Numbered from the stretch's first letter, positions 18,582 through 28,931 are shown. The stretch: DNA of 64,000 bases from an uncultured delta proteobacterium (GCA_963812015.1 CAWETI010000003.1:224001-288000); one strand, 5' to 3'. Notes: a model not told the origin generated them from the letters alone. Numbers and translations are program-made.

Positions 18582-18827
18582 ATGGTTCATCCCGTGCAAG
18601 GCGCCGACCCCGATAAAGCACAGCATCGCACCTATAAAACCCTCGAACCGGAAGGGGAGCTCGCGGTGGTGCAGCGCCCCGAGGGAACAGTAAAAATTCT
18701 GTTCTACACCTGTAGCGGCGCCGACAAGGCCTGTCATACCGAAGCGGTCCTGACCCGCGAGGCGGCCTTCAACTTTGCCATGGAAATTCTCCAGCAAGCC
18801 TACCGCACCGTAGGCGGAGAAGAATAG
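18582..18827 (+). CDS. small hypothetical protein
   Basis: RBS AGGAGG, ATG at 18582, 81 aa, host-like codon usage, fills an intergenic gap. Confidence 0.6.
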   Translation: MVHPVQGADPDKAQHRTYKTLEPEGELAVVQRPEGTVKILFYTCSGADKACHTEAVLTREAAFNFAMEILQQAYRTVGGEE

Positions 18828-18861
18828 TCCAACCCACCTGCTTCGGGGCCGGGGACTGCGG

Positions 18862-19251
18862 TCACCGGTCCCACTCCACCTCCCGCACCAAGTCGATGAA
18901 CTCCTGGGACTCGCCGTAGAGTTTCATGGACTGCTGGTAATCGATCCAGGACTGCCAGAGGGCCACCCACTCCTTATTGTGCCAGTAAAAGGGGCTTTCC
19001 TCGCCTTTTTCTTTAATCCGGACAAAGTCCTCGTACTCCTCCTGGCAAAAGGGGCAGAACCGGTAGGGACCCGTTTGCCGCTTGTACATTTCGTGGGTTT
19101 CGAATTGGATCCCGCACTTGGCGCAGCGGGCCAGGCAGCGGGTACACTGCACCATCTTGCGCACCGCCTCCATCTTCTTGGCCCGATCCACCTTGGCTTT
19201 TTTCTTCTGCTCCAGCTTGATCCGGTCTTCGATATCGATGATGTTGGACAT
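18862..19251 (-). CDS. hypothetical protein with Cys clusters (possible Zn finger)
   Basis: 'CTRCLARCAKC...CPFC'; RBS GAGG before ATG at 19251. Confidence 0.75.
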   Translation of the reverse strand: MSNIIDIEDRIKLEQKKKAKVDRAKKMEAVRKMVQCTRCLARCAKCGIQFETHEMYKRQTGPYRFCPFCQEEYEDFVRIKEKGEESPFYWHNKEWVALWQSWIDYQQSMKLYGESQEFIDLVREVEWDR

Positions 19252-19362
19252 GACTGACCTCAGAGGGGGGAATTGCCCCGGCAACGCCTTTTCCCCTCAA
19301 TAAAGCATATCAGGCGGGCCAGACCGGGTCAAGAGACGGCGCAGGCCCTCATTCTTTTCGGG

Positions 19363-20643
19363 TTAGTCCCCGCCCCGGTCCCGGTCCAGGTTGAACAGCC
19401 GCCGCACCAGGTCCAGTTCCTGGTGGGGGTTCTTGGGACGGCGGTTGCGCTTCAGGAAGATGATGGGGTCGTGGAGGAGTTTCTGGGTGATGGAGCCGGT
19501 GAGCACCTCCAGGGCCTGGCGCTGCTCCGGGGTCAGGGGACCCAACTGGTTCAGGGTCTTTTTCAGCTCCGCCTGGCAGATGGCCTCGGCCTTGTCCTTG
19601 AGGGCGATGATGGTGGGGTAGACCGCCAGGGTTTCCAGCCAGTGGAGGAATTTTAGGGTCTCGGCGGCCACCAGGCGCTCGGCTTTGGTGGCTTCGTGCC
19701 GCCGACGGTCCAGGTTGAGTTCCACCACCTCTTTCAGATCGTCGATGTTGTAGAGGTAGACGTTGTCCAGGTCGTTGATGCCGGGGTCCAGGTCCCGGGG
19801 CACCGCGATGTCGATGAGAAAGAGGGGCCGCTGCTTGCGCCGCCGCATCACCCCTTTGACCTGGTCCCGGGTGATGAGGACGTTGCCGGCGCCGGTGGAG
19901 CTGATGAGGATGTCGGCGGTGAGCAACTGGTCCGGCAATTCTTCCAGGGAGACCGCCTCCCCGCCGAAGCGCCTGGCCAGGTTGACGCCCCGCTCCAGGG
20001 TGCGGTTGGCCACGGTGATCTTGCCGGCGCCCTGGCCTTTGAGGTGCTCCAGGGCCAACTCCGCCATCTCCCCGGCCCCCATGAGCAGGACGTTTTTGCC
20101 GGCGAGGTCCCCGAAGATCTTTTTGGCCATGGTGACCGCGGCATAGCTGACACTCACGGCATGGTCGCCGATGCCGGTCTCGCCCCGGACCCGTTTGGCC
20201 ACGGAAAAAGCCTTGTGAACCAGGCGGTTGAGTATGGGGCCGGTGGCGTGGTGCTCCGTGGCCTCCCGGTAGGCCTGTTTCACCTGGCCGAGGATTTGGG
20301 GCTCCCCCACCACCAGGGAATCCAGGCTGGCCGCCACCCGGAAGAAGTGCTGCACCGCCTCCTGATCCCGGTGGATATAAAAGGACTCGTCCAGGTCACC
20401 CGGGGCGATCTCCGGGTGGCGGGCAAAGAATTCCCGGCTCCGCTCCGCGACGTCGTCCGGCGCCTCGGTGACGCACATCAACTCCACCCGGTTGCAGGTG
20501 ATGTACAACAGGCTCTCGGAGATCTCGGGCCAATGCTTCAGGCGGTCGTAGGCGTCCCCCACGTCCGGGATGAGGCAGGCCAGCTTTTCCCTGAGGGCCA
20601 CTGGCGCGGTTTTGTGGTTGACGCCGCAGAGGAGGAGGTTCAT
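19363..20643 (-). CDS. hemA: glutamyl-tRNA reductase
   Basis: 'GVNHKTAPVALRE', 'TCNRVE', 'SLDSLVVGEPQILGQVK', 'GAGEMA', 'DIAVPRD'. True start is ATG 20643, overlapping the ccsA stop. Confidence 0.97.
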   Translation of the reverse strand: MNLLLCGVNHKTAPVALREKLACLIPDVGDAYDRLKHWPEISESLLYITCNRVELMCVTEAPDDVAERSREFFARHPEIAPGDLDESFYIHRDQEAVQHFFRVAASLDSLVVGEPQILGQVKQAYREATEHHATGPILNRLVHKAFSVAKRVRGETGIGDHAVSVSYAAVTMAKKIFGDLAGKNVLLMGAGEMAELALEHLKGQGAGKITVANRTLERGVNLARRFGGEAVSLEELPDQLLTADILISSTGAGNVLITRDQVKGVMRRRKQRPLFLIDIAVPRDLDPGINDLDNVYLYNIDDLKEVVELNLDRRRHEATKAERLVAAETLKFLHWLETLAVYPTIIALKDKAEAICQAELKKTLNQLGPLTPEQRQALEVLTGSITQKLLHDPIIFLKRNRRPKNPHQELDLVRRLFNLDRDRGGD

Positions 20644-21473
20644 GGCTTTTGCAGGAACTTGGCGAAACTGTGGTAGCCCGTGAGCCACAGGTTGGCGCCC
20701 ACAAAGGTGCACACCAGCACCAGGAAGCCGCCGATGGCCATCAGCGCCGCCCGCCGGCCCCGCCAGCCCACCGTCAGACGCTCGTGGAGGAGCACGGCGT
20801 AGATGAGCCAGGCGATGAGGGTCAGGACCTCCTTGGGGTCCCAACTCCAGAAGCGCCCCAGGGTGTGCTGGGCATAGAGGGACCCGGAAATGATCCCGGC
20901 GGTGAGCAAGGGGAAGCCGAAGGTCAGGCACCAGGAGTTGAGGGTGTCCAGTTGAGACAATGACGGCAGCCGCCGATAAAAAAAGCCGAACTGCTTGCCC
21001 TTGATCTGCCGCTCCTGGATCAGGTAGAGGATGCCTCCCAGGCAGGCCAGGGCCAGGGCGGCATAGCCCGCCAGGGTCAGGCAGATGTGCACGGTGAGCC
21101 AGAAACCCTGCAGCAGGGGCGAGACGGCCCCTTGGGGCTGGGGCAGGATGAGGGCGCCGGACACCATCAGGGCCGCCAGGGGCGCCACCAGGGCGCCCAG
21201 GACCTTGATGGGGTAGCGCCAGATCAGGAGCAGAAAGGCCGCCACCAGGGCCCAGGCGAACAACAGCAGGGTGGCCCCGAAGCTGGCCGCGGGAAGGGAC
21301 CCTGAGATCCAAATCCGCTGGATAAGGGCCAGGGTGTGGCACGCCAGGCCCCCGGCCATGACCCAGGCGCCGGCGCGATAGTAGCCCTCCCACTGGGCCA
21401 GGAAGTATAACAGCCAGAGGCCGGTGGCGGCGAAATAGGCGGCCAGGGCGAGATAGAGGAAAAGGTTATTCAT
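20640..21473 (-). CDS. ccsA: cytochrome c biogenesis protein CcsA/CcsB (HemX-like)
   Basis: Multi-TM; WWD motif 'WSWDPKE'; conserved His residues; upstream of hemA. Confidence 0.9.
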   Translation of the reverse strand: MNNLFLYLALAAYFAATGLWLLYFLAQWEGYYRAGAWVMAGGLACHTLALIQRIWISGSLPAASFGATLLLFAWALVAAFLLLIWRYPIKVLGALVAPLAALMVSGALILPQPQGAVSPLLQGFWLTVHICLTLAGYAALALACLGGILYLIQERQIKGKQFGFFYRRLPSLSQLDTLNSWCLTFGFPLLTAGIISGSLYAQHTLGRFWSWDPKEVLTLIAWLIYAVLLHERLTVGWRGRRAALMAIGGFLVLVCTFVGANLWLTGYHSFAKFLQKP

Positions 21474-21522
21474 ATCATTGTGGCCTTAAGAGCATGTCTT
21501 CTGACGGAACGCCGGCCACCCG

Positions 21523-22212
21523 TCACCCCTCTGGTTCCTTAAAGGCCTGGGACACCAGTTCTCCCAGGACCGGGGTGCTTAAGACCGAGCCCAACACTTC
21601 GTGGAGCACGGTCAGCACCCGGGCCCGGTCCCCCTGGGCCACCGCCTCTCTCAGGGGGCTGCCCACCAGACGATGGAAGAGGGGGCCATTGTCGGGATGG
21701 GCCCGGCGCTCCGTGAGGAGCCGGGTCCGCACCCGTTGGAGCAGGTCCAGGTAAGGCCCGTATTCCGGCCCGAAATGCTGCTGCAGCTCCTCCCGCACCT
21801 GGCGGGCCAGGGCCGGGGACGCGCCACCGGTGCTGATGGCCAGGGTCAGATCGCCCCGGCGCACCTGAGCCGGGACAATGAAGGTGCAATGTTCCGGCTC
21901 GTCCGCCACATTGACCCAGATGGCCCGGGCCTGGGCCGCAGCGCTCACCTTGGCGTTGACCTCCGGGTCGTCCGTGGCGGCCATGACCAGGGCCATGCCC
22001 TCCACCTGGGACTCAGTAAAATCGGCCGCCAGATAGCGGATTTCCCCCCGGGAGGCCAAGGCTGCCAACTCGGGGGTCAGGGTGCGGCTGACCACGGTCA
22101 CCCGAGCCCCGGCGGCCATGAGGTCCTGGACTTTGCGTTCTCCCACCGCGCCCCCGCCCACCACCAGGCAAGGCTTGTTTTCAATGACGGCAAAAATCGG
22201 ATAAGTTTTCAT
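21523..22212 (-). CDS. precorrin-2 dehydrogenase/sirohydrochlorin ferrochelatase (SirC/CysG-N)
   Basis: 'YPIF', 'LVVGGGAVGERK', 'VNVADEP..CTF', 'ISTGGASPALA'. ATG at 22212. Confidence 0.92.
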   Translation of the reverse strand: MKTYPIFAVIENKPCLVVGGGAVGERKVQDLMAAGARVTVVSRTLTPELAALASRGEIRYLAADFTESQVEGMALVMAATDDPEVNAKVSAAAQARAIWVNVADEPEHCTFIVPAQVRRGDLTLAISTGGASPALARQVREELQQHFGPEYGPYLDLLQRVRTRLLTERRAHPDNGPLFHRLVGSPLREAVAQGDRARVLTVLHEVLGSVLSTPVLGELVSQAFKEPEG

Positions 22213-22444
22213 GGGGTAAGGGATTCGCTTTTTTCCAGGGGGAAGAGTCCGGCCACGGCCCTGATATTTATCTGCATCTGTAAAATATACCAAGTCTGGC
22301 CACGGTATGCAAGGGGAATGCCAGGGGCGCCGGGGCCAAATCTTCCCCCCGGGCCTTTGGCATTGACAGGAACCCAAAATCTTGGTTAGATACTAAGGTA
22401 GAGAAAGGCAAGCCCTTGGTGCATCCACGGCTTGCGCCCTGACC

Positions 22445-23095
22445 ATGAACCTTCTTCGTCTACTTGCCATCTGGCTGACCCTGGGGACCGGCGCCCTCTT
22501 GGGTCCTGGGGCACCGCCCAGTTGGGGGGGACAGGCCGCCATGAACCTGACTACCGCGGACAAACAGCTCTTACTGCAAGTGGCCCGGGACAGCATTGCC
22601 GCCCAGCTCACGGGAAAAACCGCCGCGCCGGTTAAGACCGCGTCGCCCGTGTTGCAGGAACTGCGAGGGGCCTTTGTCTCACTGCATCGCCAGGGGCAAC
22701 TGCGGGGCTGCATCGGCTATATTGAAGCGCTCAAACCGCTCCTGGAAACGGTGCGGGAGATGGCGCCGGCCGCGGCTTTTCAGGATCCCCGCTTCCGGCC
22801 CTTGCAGGCCAGTGAGCTGCCCGACCTGGAGATCGAGATCTCCGTGCTGAGCCCCTTGCGCCTCATCAAAAACCCCGATGAGATTGAAGTGGGCCAACAC
22901 GGCCTCTATATCGTCAGAGGTATAAACCGGGGCTTGCTCCTGCCCCAGGTGGCCACCCAGTACCACTGGGACCGCCTGACGTTCCTGGAGCAGACCTGCA
23001 ACAAGGCGGGCTTACCCCCGGATGCCTGGAAAGATCCCCATACCCAGATCTATAGTTTCAGCGCGGAGGTCTTCGCCGATCATCCCCACCCTTAA
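22445..23095 (+). CDS. AMMECR1-domain protein (AmmeMemoRadiSam protein A)
   Basis: 'GAFVSL', 'LRGCIG', 'AAFQDPRF', 'IEISVLSP', 'GLLLPQVA', 'CNKAGL'. Start 22445 or 22541. Confidence 0.92.
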   Translation: MNLLRLLAIWLTLGTGALLGPGAPPSWGGQAAMNLTTADKQLLLQVARDSIAAQLTGKTAAPVKTASPVLQELRGAFVSLHRQGQLRGCIGYIEALKPLLETVREMAPAAAFQDPRFRPLQASELPDLEIEISVLSPLRLIKNPDEIEVGQHGLYIVRGINRGLLLPQVATQYHWDRLTFLEQTCNKAGLPPDAWKDPHTQIYSFSAEVFADHPHP

Positions 23096-23130
23096 CCCTC
23101 TGAAGCTTTACGGTAGGAGCCTCAATCTCC

Positions 23131-24321
23131 ATGACTCCCAATGAAATTAAAGAACCGGGACAGTTTCCTGTTCCTGCGCCGGAGTCGCCCCCCGGGGGTC
23201 TGCTGGCCCTGGTGCTGCGTCACCGTTTCCTCGTGGTCTCCCTGGTGGTGGTGCTTTTTTTAGGGTCTCTATTTGCCTGGGGAGCCCGGTCCCGCAGCTC
23301 GGCCCCGCCGGAGTCGGCGGCATCCCCCCTGGCCGAGGCCACCCATGGCGAACCGGCCCCGTCGGCCTCCAAAGAAGCCGAGCTTAAGCCCCTCATCCCG
23401 GTGCCGCCCCCTAAAGACACGCATGAAGGAGGGCTTGCGGCGACGCCCCCCCATCCCGGCGCCCCGGAGCCTTCGATTGCCCCGGGCCCCCCCAAGGCAG
23501 GGCCGACCCACGTCCCGCCCGCCGCCCCGGCCCTGGCGACCCCGACCCGGGAACCGGTCAGAGGCGAGGTTTTTACCCAGGCCTTGATCAAGATCATGGA
23601 TGATCAGGTCAACCAGACCTGGTTCGGATGGCGGCCCAATACCATCGTGTTCGGCAAGATGGGCCTGACGGACAACGTCAACAACATCCAGCTGGGGGTC
23701 CTGGAAGTGGCCCGGCGTACCGTGGTGGTCCTCAACGAGCACATGACCCGGTTCGCCACCACCGAGGCCTATAATCCCCGGGTCAACGAGGCCATGAATT
23801 TTTTCATGGTCAGCCCGGATAAATACTGGTTCCCGTCCGCCTCCGGCAAGTATCGGGAAGCCATGCAAGACCTGGCCAGGTATATCGATGATTTAAAGGC
23901 GGGCCGGGCCCGGTACTATACCCGGGTGGATTATCTGATCGCCCTGCTGAGCAACTACAAAGACCTGTTGGGCAGCAGTTACCACAACCTGATTAAGGAC
24001 ACGGAAGCCGACGGCAAGCCGGTTTCCTGGTTCGTGGTGGACGACTATTTTTATTACTCCCAGGGAATCGCTGTGGCCATGGCCGAGATGCTGGAGGCGA
24101 TCACGAAGGAATTCCACCCGGAACTCCAGAAGAAGAACTCCAACAAGCTGCTGGAGGACGCCATCCACGCCCTGCACGCCGCTTCTCATCTGGACCCCTG
24201 GGTGGTGACCAACGGCGCCAAAGACGGTATTTTGGCCAATCACCGGGCCAATATGTCGACCTACATCGGGGAAGCCGAGCACGTTATTTCCACCATGCAA
24301 TCCCAGTTGGCCACCAACTAA
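23131..24321 (+). CDS. DUF2333-like membrane-anchored protein
   Basis: N-terminal TM, Pro-rich linker, 'DNVNNIQLG.LE', 'DDYFYYSQG', 'NG..DGILANH'. Confidence 0.7.
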   Translation: MTPNEIKEPGQFPVPAPESPPGGLLALVLRHRFLVVSLVVVLFLGSLFAWGARSRSSAPPESAASPLAEATHGEPAPSASKEAELKPLIPVPPPKDTHEGGLAATPPHPGAPEPSIAPGPPKAGPTHVPPAAPALATPTREPVRGEVFTQALIKIMDDQVNQTWFGWRPNTIVFGKMGLTDNVNNIQLGVLEVARRTVVVLNEHMTRFATTEAYNPRVNEAMNFFMVSPDKYWFPSASGKYREAMQDLARYIDDLKAGRARYYTRVDYLIALLSNYKDLLGSSYHNLIKDTEADGKPVSWFVVDDYFYYSQGIAVAMAEMLEAITKEFHPELQKKNSNKLLEDAIHALHAASHLDPWVVTNGAKDGILANHRANMSTYIGEAEHVISTMQSQLATN

Positions 24322-24428
24322 GCGAGTGCCGGGGCCAAGGCCCACGGTTCAGTCTGAGGCGGGAATTTCGTTGAAATTCCCGCCGCTTTGTTTTATGGTG
24401 GACGGGCGAAGGCGCAAGGAGGTTCGTC

Positions 24429-25031
24429 ATGCTGGTCGGCCAGATCATGAGCAAGAAGATTGTCACTATTTCTCCCGACAAGCTAGTGGGCCAGGCTTTA
24501 AGGGTGATGCAAAAGCAGCAGATCCGCCACCTGCCGGTCATGGAGCACAACCGCATGGTGGGGTGGATCACCTCCCGGGACCTGCGGGAGGTCCTCCTGG
24601 CCTCCATGTTGGAACAAATCAAGGTGGGAGACGTGATGGTCCCGGCTCCCCTGAGCGTCGGCCCCGACACCGAGGTGGAGGAGGCGGCCCGCCTGATTCA
24701 TGAACATAAAATCGGCGGCATGCCCGTGATGGAAGGCGATAAGCTGGTGGGGGTCATCACCATGCTGGATTTGATCTCCGCCTTCATCACCATGCTGGGG
24801 CTGCTCAAGAGCTCCTCCCGCCTGGACCTTCTCCTTTCGAACCGGCCGGAGGCCCTGGACGCGGTCACCCGCCTCATCAAGGAGGCGGGGGGCCAAATCA
24901 TCAACGTGGCCCTGGGGCCCACCCAGGGCGATCAGCGGCCTTTCTATTTCCGCCTGGGCAAGGTCAACCTGGAACCCATCGTCAAGACCCTCAAACAACA
25001 GGGCTACGCGGTGCTGGATGCCATTGCTTGA
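24429..25031 (+). CDS. CBS-pair plus ACT domain protein (AcuB-like)
   Basis: 'IRHLPV', 'IGGMPV', 'LVGVIT..DL', ACT-like 'NRPEALDAV'. Confidence 0.88.
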   Translation: MLVGQIMSKKIVTISPDKLVGQALRVMQKQQIRHLPVMEHNRMVGWITSRDLREVLLASMLEQIKVGDVMVPAPLSVGPDTEVEEAARLIHEHKIGGMPVMEGDKLVGVITMLDLISAFITMLGLLKSSSRLDLLLSNRPEALDAVTRLIKEAGGQIINVALGPTQGDQRPFYFRLGKVNLEPIVKTLKQQGYAVLDAIA

Positions 25032-25070
25032 AAGTGGTTTGGCAACGGCCGGGGAACATGAAAGAATTGA

Positions 25071-26489
25071 TCAGATCCGGGGTTGCGGTCCCCGGGAAGG
25101 ATTGGCGGGCTTCTCGGCTGGTGGGGCAGGTTCCGGACCGGCGATGCGGTTTTTTCCGGCCTGCTTGGCCCGGTAGTGGGCCTCATCCGCGGCCTGGATC
25201 AGGCTCTCCATGCTCATCTGGGGGTTCAGCCCCGAGACGCCGATACTAACGGTAACCGTGAGGCCTTGGGCCAGGGGGGACTGGGCAATGCGTCGGCATA
25301 GCCTCTCGGCCAACCCCATGGCCTGATCCGCAGGCGTCTGGCTCAGGAGGATGACAAACTCATCGCCGCCGTAACGGCAGAGCAGGTCGGCCTGCCGGAT
25401 CCCCTTCTTCAGGATAGTCGCCACTTGCCGCATGATTTTATCGCCTTTTAAATGGCCCAGGGTGTCGTTGACCTGCTTGAAATTATCGATGTCCAGGAAT
25501 AGCAGGGAGAGAGGGGTCTTATAACGGCGGCACTTCTCCACCTCATAATGGAGCGCTTCCTTGAAATAGCCGTAATTATACAAGCCGGTCAAAGCATCCC
25601 GGATGGCCATGCTTTTCACCTGGTTAAAGAGGACCAGGTTCTTGATGCCAGCCTCCCCCTGGAGGATGAAGATCCGAAAGAGTTCGATTTCCTCCGGGGT
25701 AAAAGGCTCCTGTCGCCCGGCCCCCGCCGCCAGGGTGATGTTGCCCACCTCGACCCTCTGCCACAGCATGGCCGCAACCGGCGTCGTAGCGGGAGGGGTG
25801 GGGGACTCAGGCGCCAAGAGCCCTTGCAGCACGTTTTGAAAGGTCTGAAACCGGGCATCCGGAACGTCCGGCTGACGCCGATAGGCCGCCTGGGGCAGCT
25901 CTCTTGCCGGGCCCCGGACTTCCAACCCTAAGAGTTCCAGGGAGAGGCTGTCCCAGATGAGATTGACCAGCCCCCGGATCAGTTGGTCCCAGGTAAGGGG
26001 TCCGGCCAGGGTTTCGGCGATTTGCCTCACGTGGGTGAGTTCCCGGGCCCGTCGTTGGGCCAGCTCTTCCTGAGCTTTCGAGATGTGTTCCGCCAGTTCC
26101 CGGTTTTCCCGGGCCAGGCGGCGCCGTTCCAGGGCCCGGGCCACCAGGGTCTGGAGGTCGGCCAGGCGCAGGTCCGCTTTCACCAGGTAGTCATAAGCCC
26201 CCGAGCGCAAGGCCTGCACCGCGCTCTCCAGGCCGGCATGGCCGGTGAAGAGGATCACCTCCGTATCCGGGGTGTGAGCCTTGATATGGGAGAGGAGATC
26301 CAGGCCGGAGCAATCCGGCAGCATCAGGTCCAGGATGGCCAGGGCGAACTCCTGATTTTGCAGGGCCGCCATGGCCGCCTGGCCGTCCGCCGCCGTCGTC
26401 ACCGCATACCCCTGGCTGTCCAGAAACTCCTGGATCGTGCCCATTAACTGGAGATCATCGTCCGCCAGGAGGATTGCGTCTCCCGTCAT
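25071..26489 (-). CDS. response-regulator diguanylate cyclase (REC-GGDEF)
   Basis: REC 'LADDD..ILDLMLP..GAYDYLVK'; 'DALTGLYN'; intact I-site and active site 'RQADLLCRYGGDEF'. Confidence 0.93.
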   Translation of the reverse strand: MTGDAILLADDDLQLMGTIQEFLDSQGYAVTTAADGQAAMAALQNQEFALAILDLMLPDCSGLDLLSHIKAHTPDTEVILFTGHAGLESAVQALRSGAYDYLVKADLRLADLQTLVARALERRRLARENRELAEHISKAQEELAQRRARELTHVRQIAETLAGPLTWDQLIRGLVNLIWDSLSLELLGLEVRGPARELPQAAYRRQPDVPDARFQTFQNVLQGLLAPESPTPPATTPVAAMLWQRVEVGNITLAAGAGRQEPFTPEEIELFRIFILQGEAGIKNLVLFNQVKSMAIRDALTGLYNYGYFKEALHYEVEKCRRYKTPLSLLFLDIDNFKQVNDTLGHLKGDKIMRQVATILKKGIRQADLLCRYGGDEFVILLSQTPADQAMGLAERLCRRIAQSPLAQGLTVTVSIGVSGLNPQMSMESLIQAADEAHYRAKQAGKNRIAGPEPAPPAEKPANPSRGPQPRI

Positions 26490-28108
26490 CAGTGCCAGCC
26501 CTCCGCGGACAGGACGGTGTCCTGGTGAAAATCTTCATCGTCCGTCTGGGGATAATCCAGGGTATAGTGCAGGCCCCGGCTCTCTTTGCGCCTCAGGGCC
26601 ATGCGGATGATCAGGTCGGCCACGTAGGCGATATTGCGCAACTCCAGGAGGTCGCTGGTGAGGAGAAATTCCCAGTAATAATCATTAATCTCTTTCAAGA
26701 CCAGGCCGATGCGGGCCTGGGCCCGGAGCAGGCGGCTGTCGCTGCGGACAATGCCCACGTAGTTCCACATGAAGCGCCGGATCTCCTCCCAACTGTGGGA
26801 GACCACCACCCCTTCCTCGCTGTCCTTGGCCCCGTAAGTATCCCAGGCCGCCACCGGAATGGCCGGCATGGCCAGCAGCCCCGGCAGGGTCTCCCGGGCT
26901 ACCTGGGCCGCCTGGTGGGAGAAGACCAGGGCCTCCAGCAGGGAGTTGCTGGCCAGGCGGTTGGCCCCGTGCAGCCCGGTCATGGAGACCTCCCCCACCG
27001 CGCAGAGGTTGGAGATGGTGGTGCGGCCCCAGGCGTCCGTCACCACCCCGCCGCACATATAATGGGCCGCGGGCACCACCGGGATGGGCTCTTTGGTCAT
27101 GTCGATGCCGAATTCCAGGCATTGGTGGTAGATGTTGGGGAAGCGGCTCCGGACAAAATCCGCCGGCTTGTGGCTGATATTGAGATAGACGCAGTCGGCG
27201 CCGCTCTTTTTCAGCTCCGTGTCGATGGCCCGGGCCACCGTGTCCCGGGGCGCCAGGTCTTTCAGGGGATGATACTTCTCCATGAAGGGCTGTCCGGCCT
27301 GGTCCATGAGGACGGCCCCCTCGCCCCGGAGGGCCTCGGAGATCAGGAAGTTCTTCGCCGCCGGATGGTACAGGCAGGTGGGGTGGAACTGCACGAACTC
27401 CATGTTGCCGATCCGGGCCCCGGCCCGGTAGGCCATGGCCACCCCGTCGCCGGTGGCGATGTCGGGATTGCTGGTATAAAGATAGACCTTGCCGACCCCG
27501 CCGGTGGCTAAGAGGGTGAGGCGGGCCAGGAAGGTATCCACCTGGCCGGTCTCCTTGTTGAGCACATAGACCCCCAGACAGGTCCTTTCCGACTCGGTCA
27601 CCATCCGCCCCTGGCGCACCACCCGCTCCAGGGTGATGAGGTTGACCCCCATGTGGTTTTCGAAGACCCGGATGTTGGGGTGGCTCAGGACTTTTTCCGC
27701 CAGGATGCGCTCCACTTCGGCGCCGGTCATGTCCTGGGCGTGGATCACCCGGCGGTGAGAATGGCCGCCTTCCCGGCCCAGGTCATAGCCGTTGTCCTTG
27801 CCCAGATCGAAATGGGCCCCCATCTCCACCAGCTCCCGGATGCGCGCCGGCCCCTGGCGCACCACCAACTCCACGATGTCCGGATGGGACAGGCCTTCCC
27901 CCACCGTCAGGGTGTCTTGGATGTGGTATTCAAACCGGTCATCAGGACCGAGCACCGCGGCAATGCCCCCCTGGGCCTTGCTGGTGGAGGTCTCGGTCAA
28001 CCCCCTTTTGGTCACCAGATTGACCCGGGCGAAATCCGCCACCTTCAGGGCGTAACCCAATCCCGCCAGCCCTGAGCCGATTACCAGAATATCCGAGGTG
28101 TGTTCCAA
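26489..28108 (-). CDS. nadB: L-aspartate oxidase
   Basis: 'IGSGLAGL', 'AQGGIAA', 'REGGHSHRR', 'EFVQFHPT', 'GLHGANRLASNSLLE', 'ESRGLH'. TTG start with AAGGA RBS. Confidence 0.97.
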   Translation of the reverse strand: MEHTSDILVIGSGLAGLGYALKVADFARVNLVTKRGLTETSTSKAQGGIAAVLGPDDRFEYHIQDTLTVGEGLSHPDIVELVVRQGPARIRELVEMGAHFDLGKDNGYDLGREGGHSHRRVIHAQDMTGAEVERILAEKVLSHPNIRVFENHMGVNLITLERVVRQGRMVTESERTCLGVYVLNKETGQVDTFLARLTLLATGGVGKVYLYTSNPDIATGDGVAMAYRAGARIGNMEFVQFHPTCLYHPAAKNFLISEALRGEGAVLMDQAGQPFMEKYHPLKDLAPRDTVARAIDTELKKSGADCVYLNISHKPADFVRSRFPNIYHQCLEFGIDMTKEPIPVVPAAHYMCGGVVTDAWGRTTISNLCAVGEVSMTGLHGANRLASNSLLEALVFSHQAAQVARETLPGLLAMPAIPVAAWDTYGAKDSEEGVVVSHSWEEIRRFMWNYVGIVRSDSRLLRAQARIGLVLKEINDYYWEFLLTSDLLELRNIAYVADLIIRMALRRKESRGLHYTLDYPQTDDEDFHQDTVLSAEGWH

Positions 28109-28126
28109 GTTAGTTCCTTTATGAAA

Positions 28127-28160
28127 AGCGGTCAGCTTTCAGCGCTCAGCTTACAGCTTT
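28127..28160 (-). repeat. short heptamer tandem repeat (GCTGAnn)n, left copy
   Basis: Reverse complement reads GCTGAGC-GCTGAAA-GCTGACC; mirrored at 28994-29022; a short copy is near 18454. Confidence 0.65.
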
Positions 28161-28183
28161 CTTTTGGTTAATGTCGGGTACAT

Positions 28184-28237
28184 CTCGTTCCCAAGTTGCA
28201 CTTGGGAACGTAGTTACGGCCCAAGCTGGGCTTGGGC
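28184..28237. repeat. REP-like palindrome family C (CTCGTTCCCAAG-TTGCA-CTTGGGAACG) plus internal hairpin
   Basis: 10-bp perfect stem 28186-28210; second hairpin GCCCAAG-CTGGG-CTTGGGC at 28219-28237. Confidence 0.8.
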
Positions 28238-28274
28238 ACCAGAATAAAATTTCATCGAGGAGTTCTGCGTTCGG

Positions 28275-28913
28275 TCATTGGGTGTCTTCGGTAAGATCGC
28301 CAGCTTTAAGGATTTTTTTGCTCATAAAATCGTAAATACCAAAACAGCCATTGATATTTCGTGAAGTAACCCTCCAAAATCGGAATGGATAATCGTACTT
28401 TCCTGGCGACTCCTCTATAAAAAAAGGCTCCCATTTACCATCTCTAATTTCCATTGGCATAATTATTGTATCTGACTTGCATTCTTTTAATCTACCATTA
28501 TCTATTTCGTTCATTACATCAATCATAATTAATGATATATTCTTGAGGATGTTGTCGTCTACGTATCGTATCTCGATGTCTACATCATCGTAGCTTATTA
28601 TTATGCCGGCGATAGTTGGCCTAAAAGAATGCGAAGGCCTTTTCATAAATGAGAGTATCTTTGCACCAAGTTTATTAAAAAATTTGACAGCTAAATGTCC
28701 AATAATGCCTTTTACTGCCGCAAGTCCAATAAACCCGATTGATATCCAAAGTTCAGCGCCTATACCGGCCGCGGGACCGATATGTCCGCGTATTCGTGTA
28801 TAACCGAGTTCCTGTAGCTCTGCCTTGAATTGTTGAATGTCATTATCAGGAATGTCTCCTGCATTGTAGTTCACTGTAATGGTTGTGATACTCTCTGTTG
28901 ATAAAGTTGACAT
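28275..28913 (-). CDS. AT-rich hypothetical protein, probably horizontally acquired
   Basis: 212 aa open frame, visibly AT-richer than its flanks, one hydrophobic segment ('ELWISIGFIGLAAVKGIIG'). Confidence 0.75.
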   Translation of the reverse strand: MSTLSTESITTITVNYNAGDIPDNDIQQFKAELQELGYTRIRGHIGPAAGIGAELWISIGFIGLAAVKGIIGHLAVKFFNKLGAKILSFMKRPSHSFRPTIAGIIISYDDVDIEIRYVDDNILKNISLIMIDVMNEIDNGRLKECKSDTIIMPMEIRDGKWEPFFIEESPGKYDYPFRFWRVTSRNINGCFGIYDFMSKKILKAGDLTEDTQ

Positions 28914-28931
28914 AATCGATACCCTTCGCAT

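Noticed and set aside
20644..21393. Apparent 250-aa N-terminal extension of hemA
   Set aside because: It overlaps ccsA in another frame; HemA homology starts at ATG 20643.
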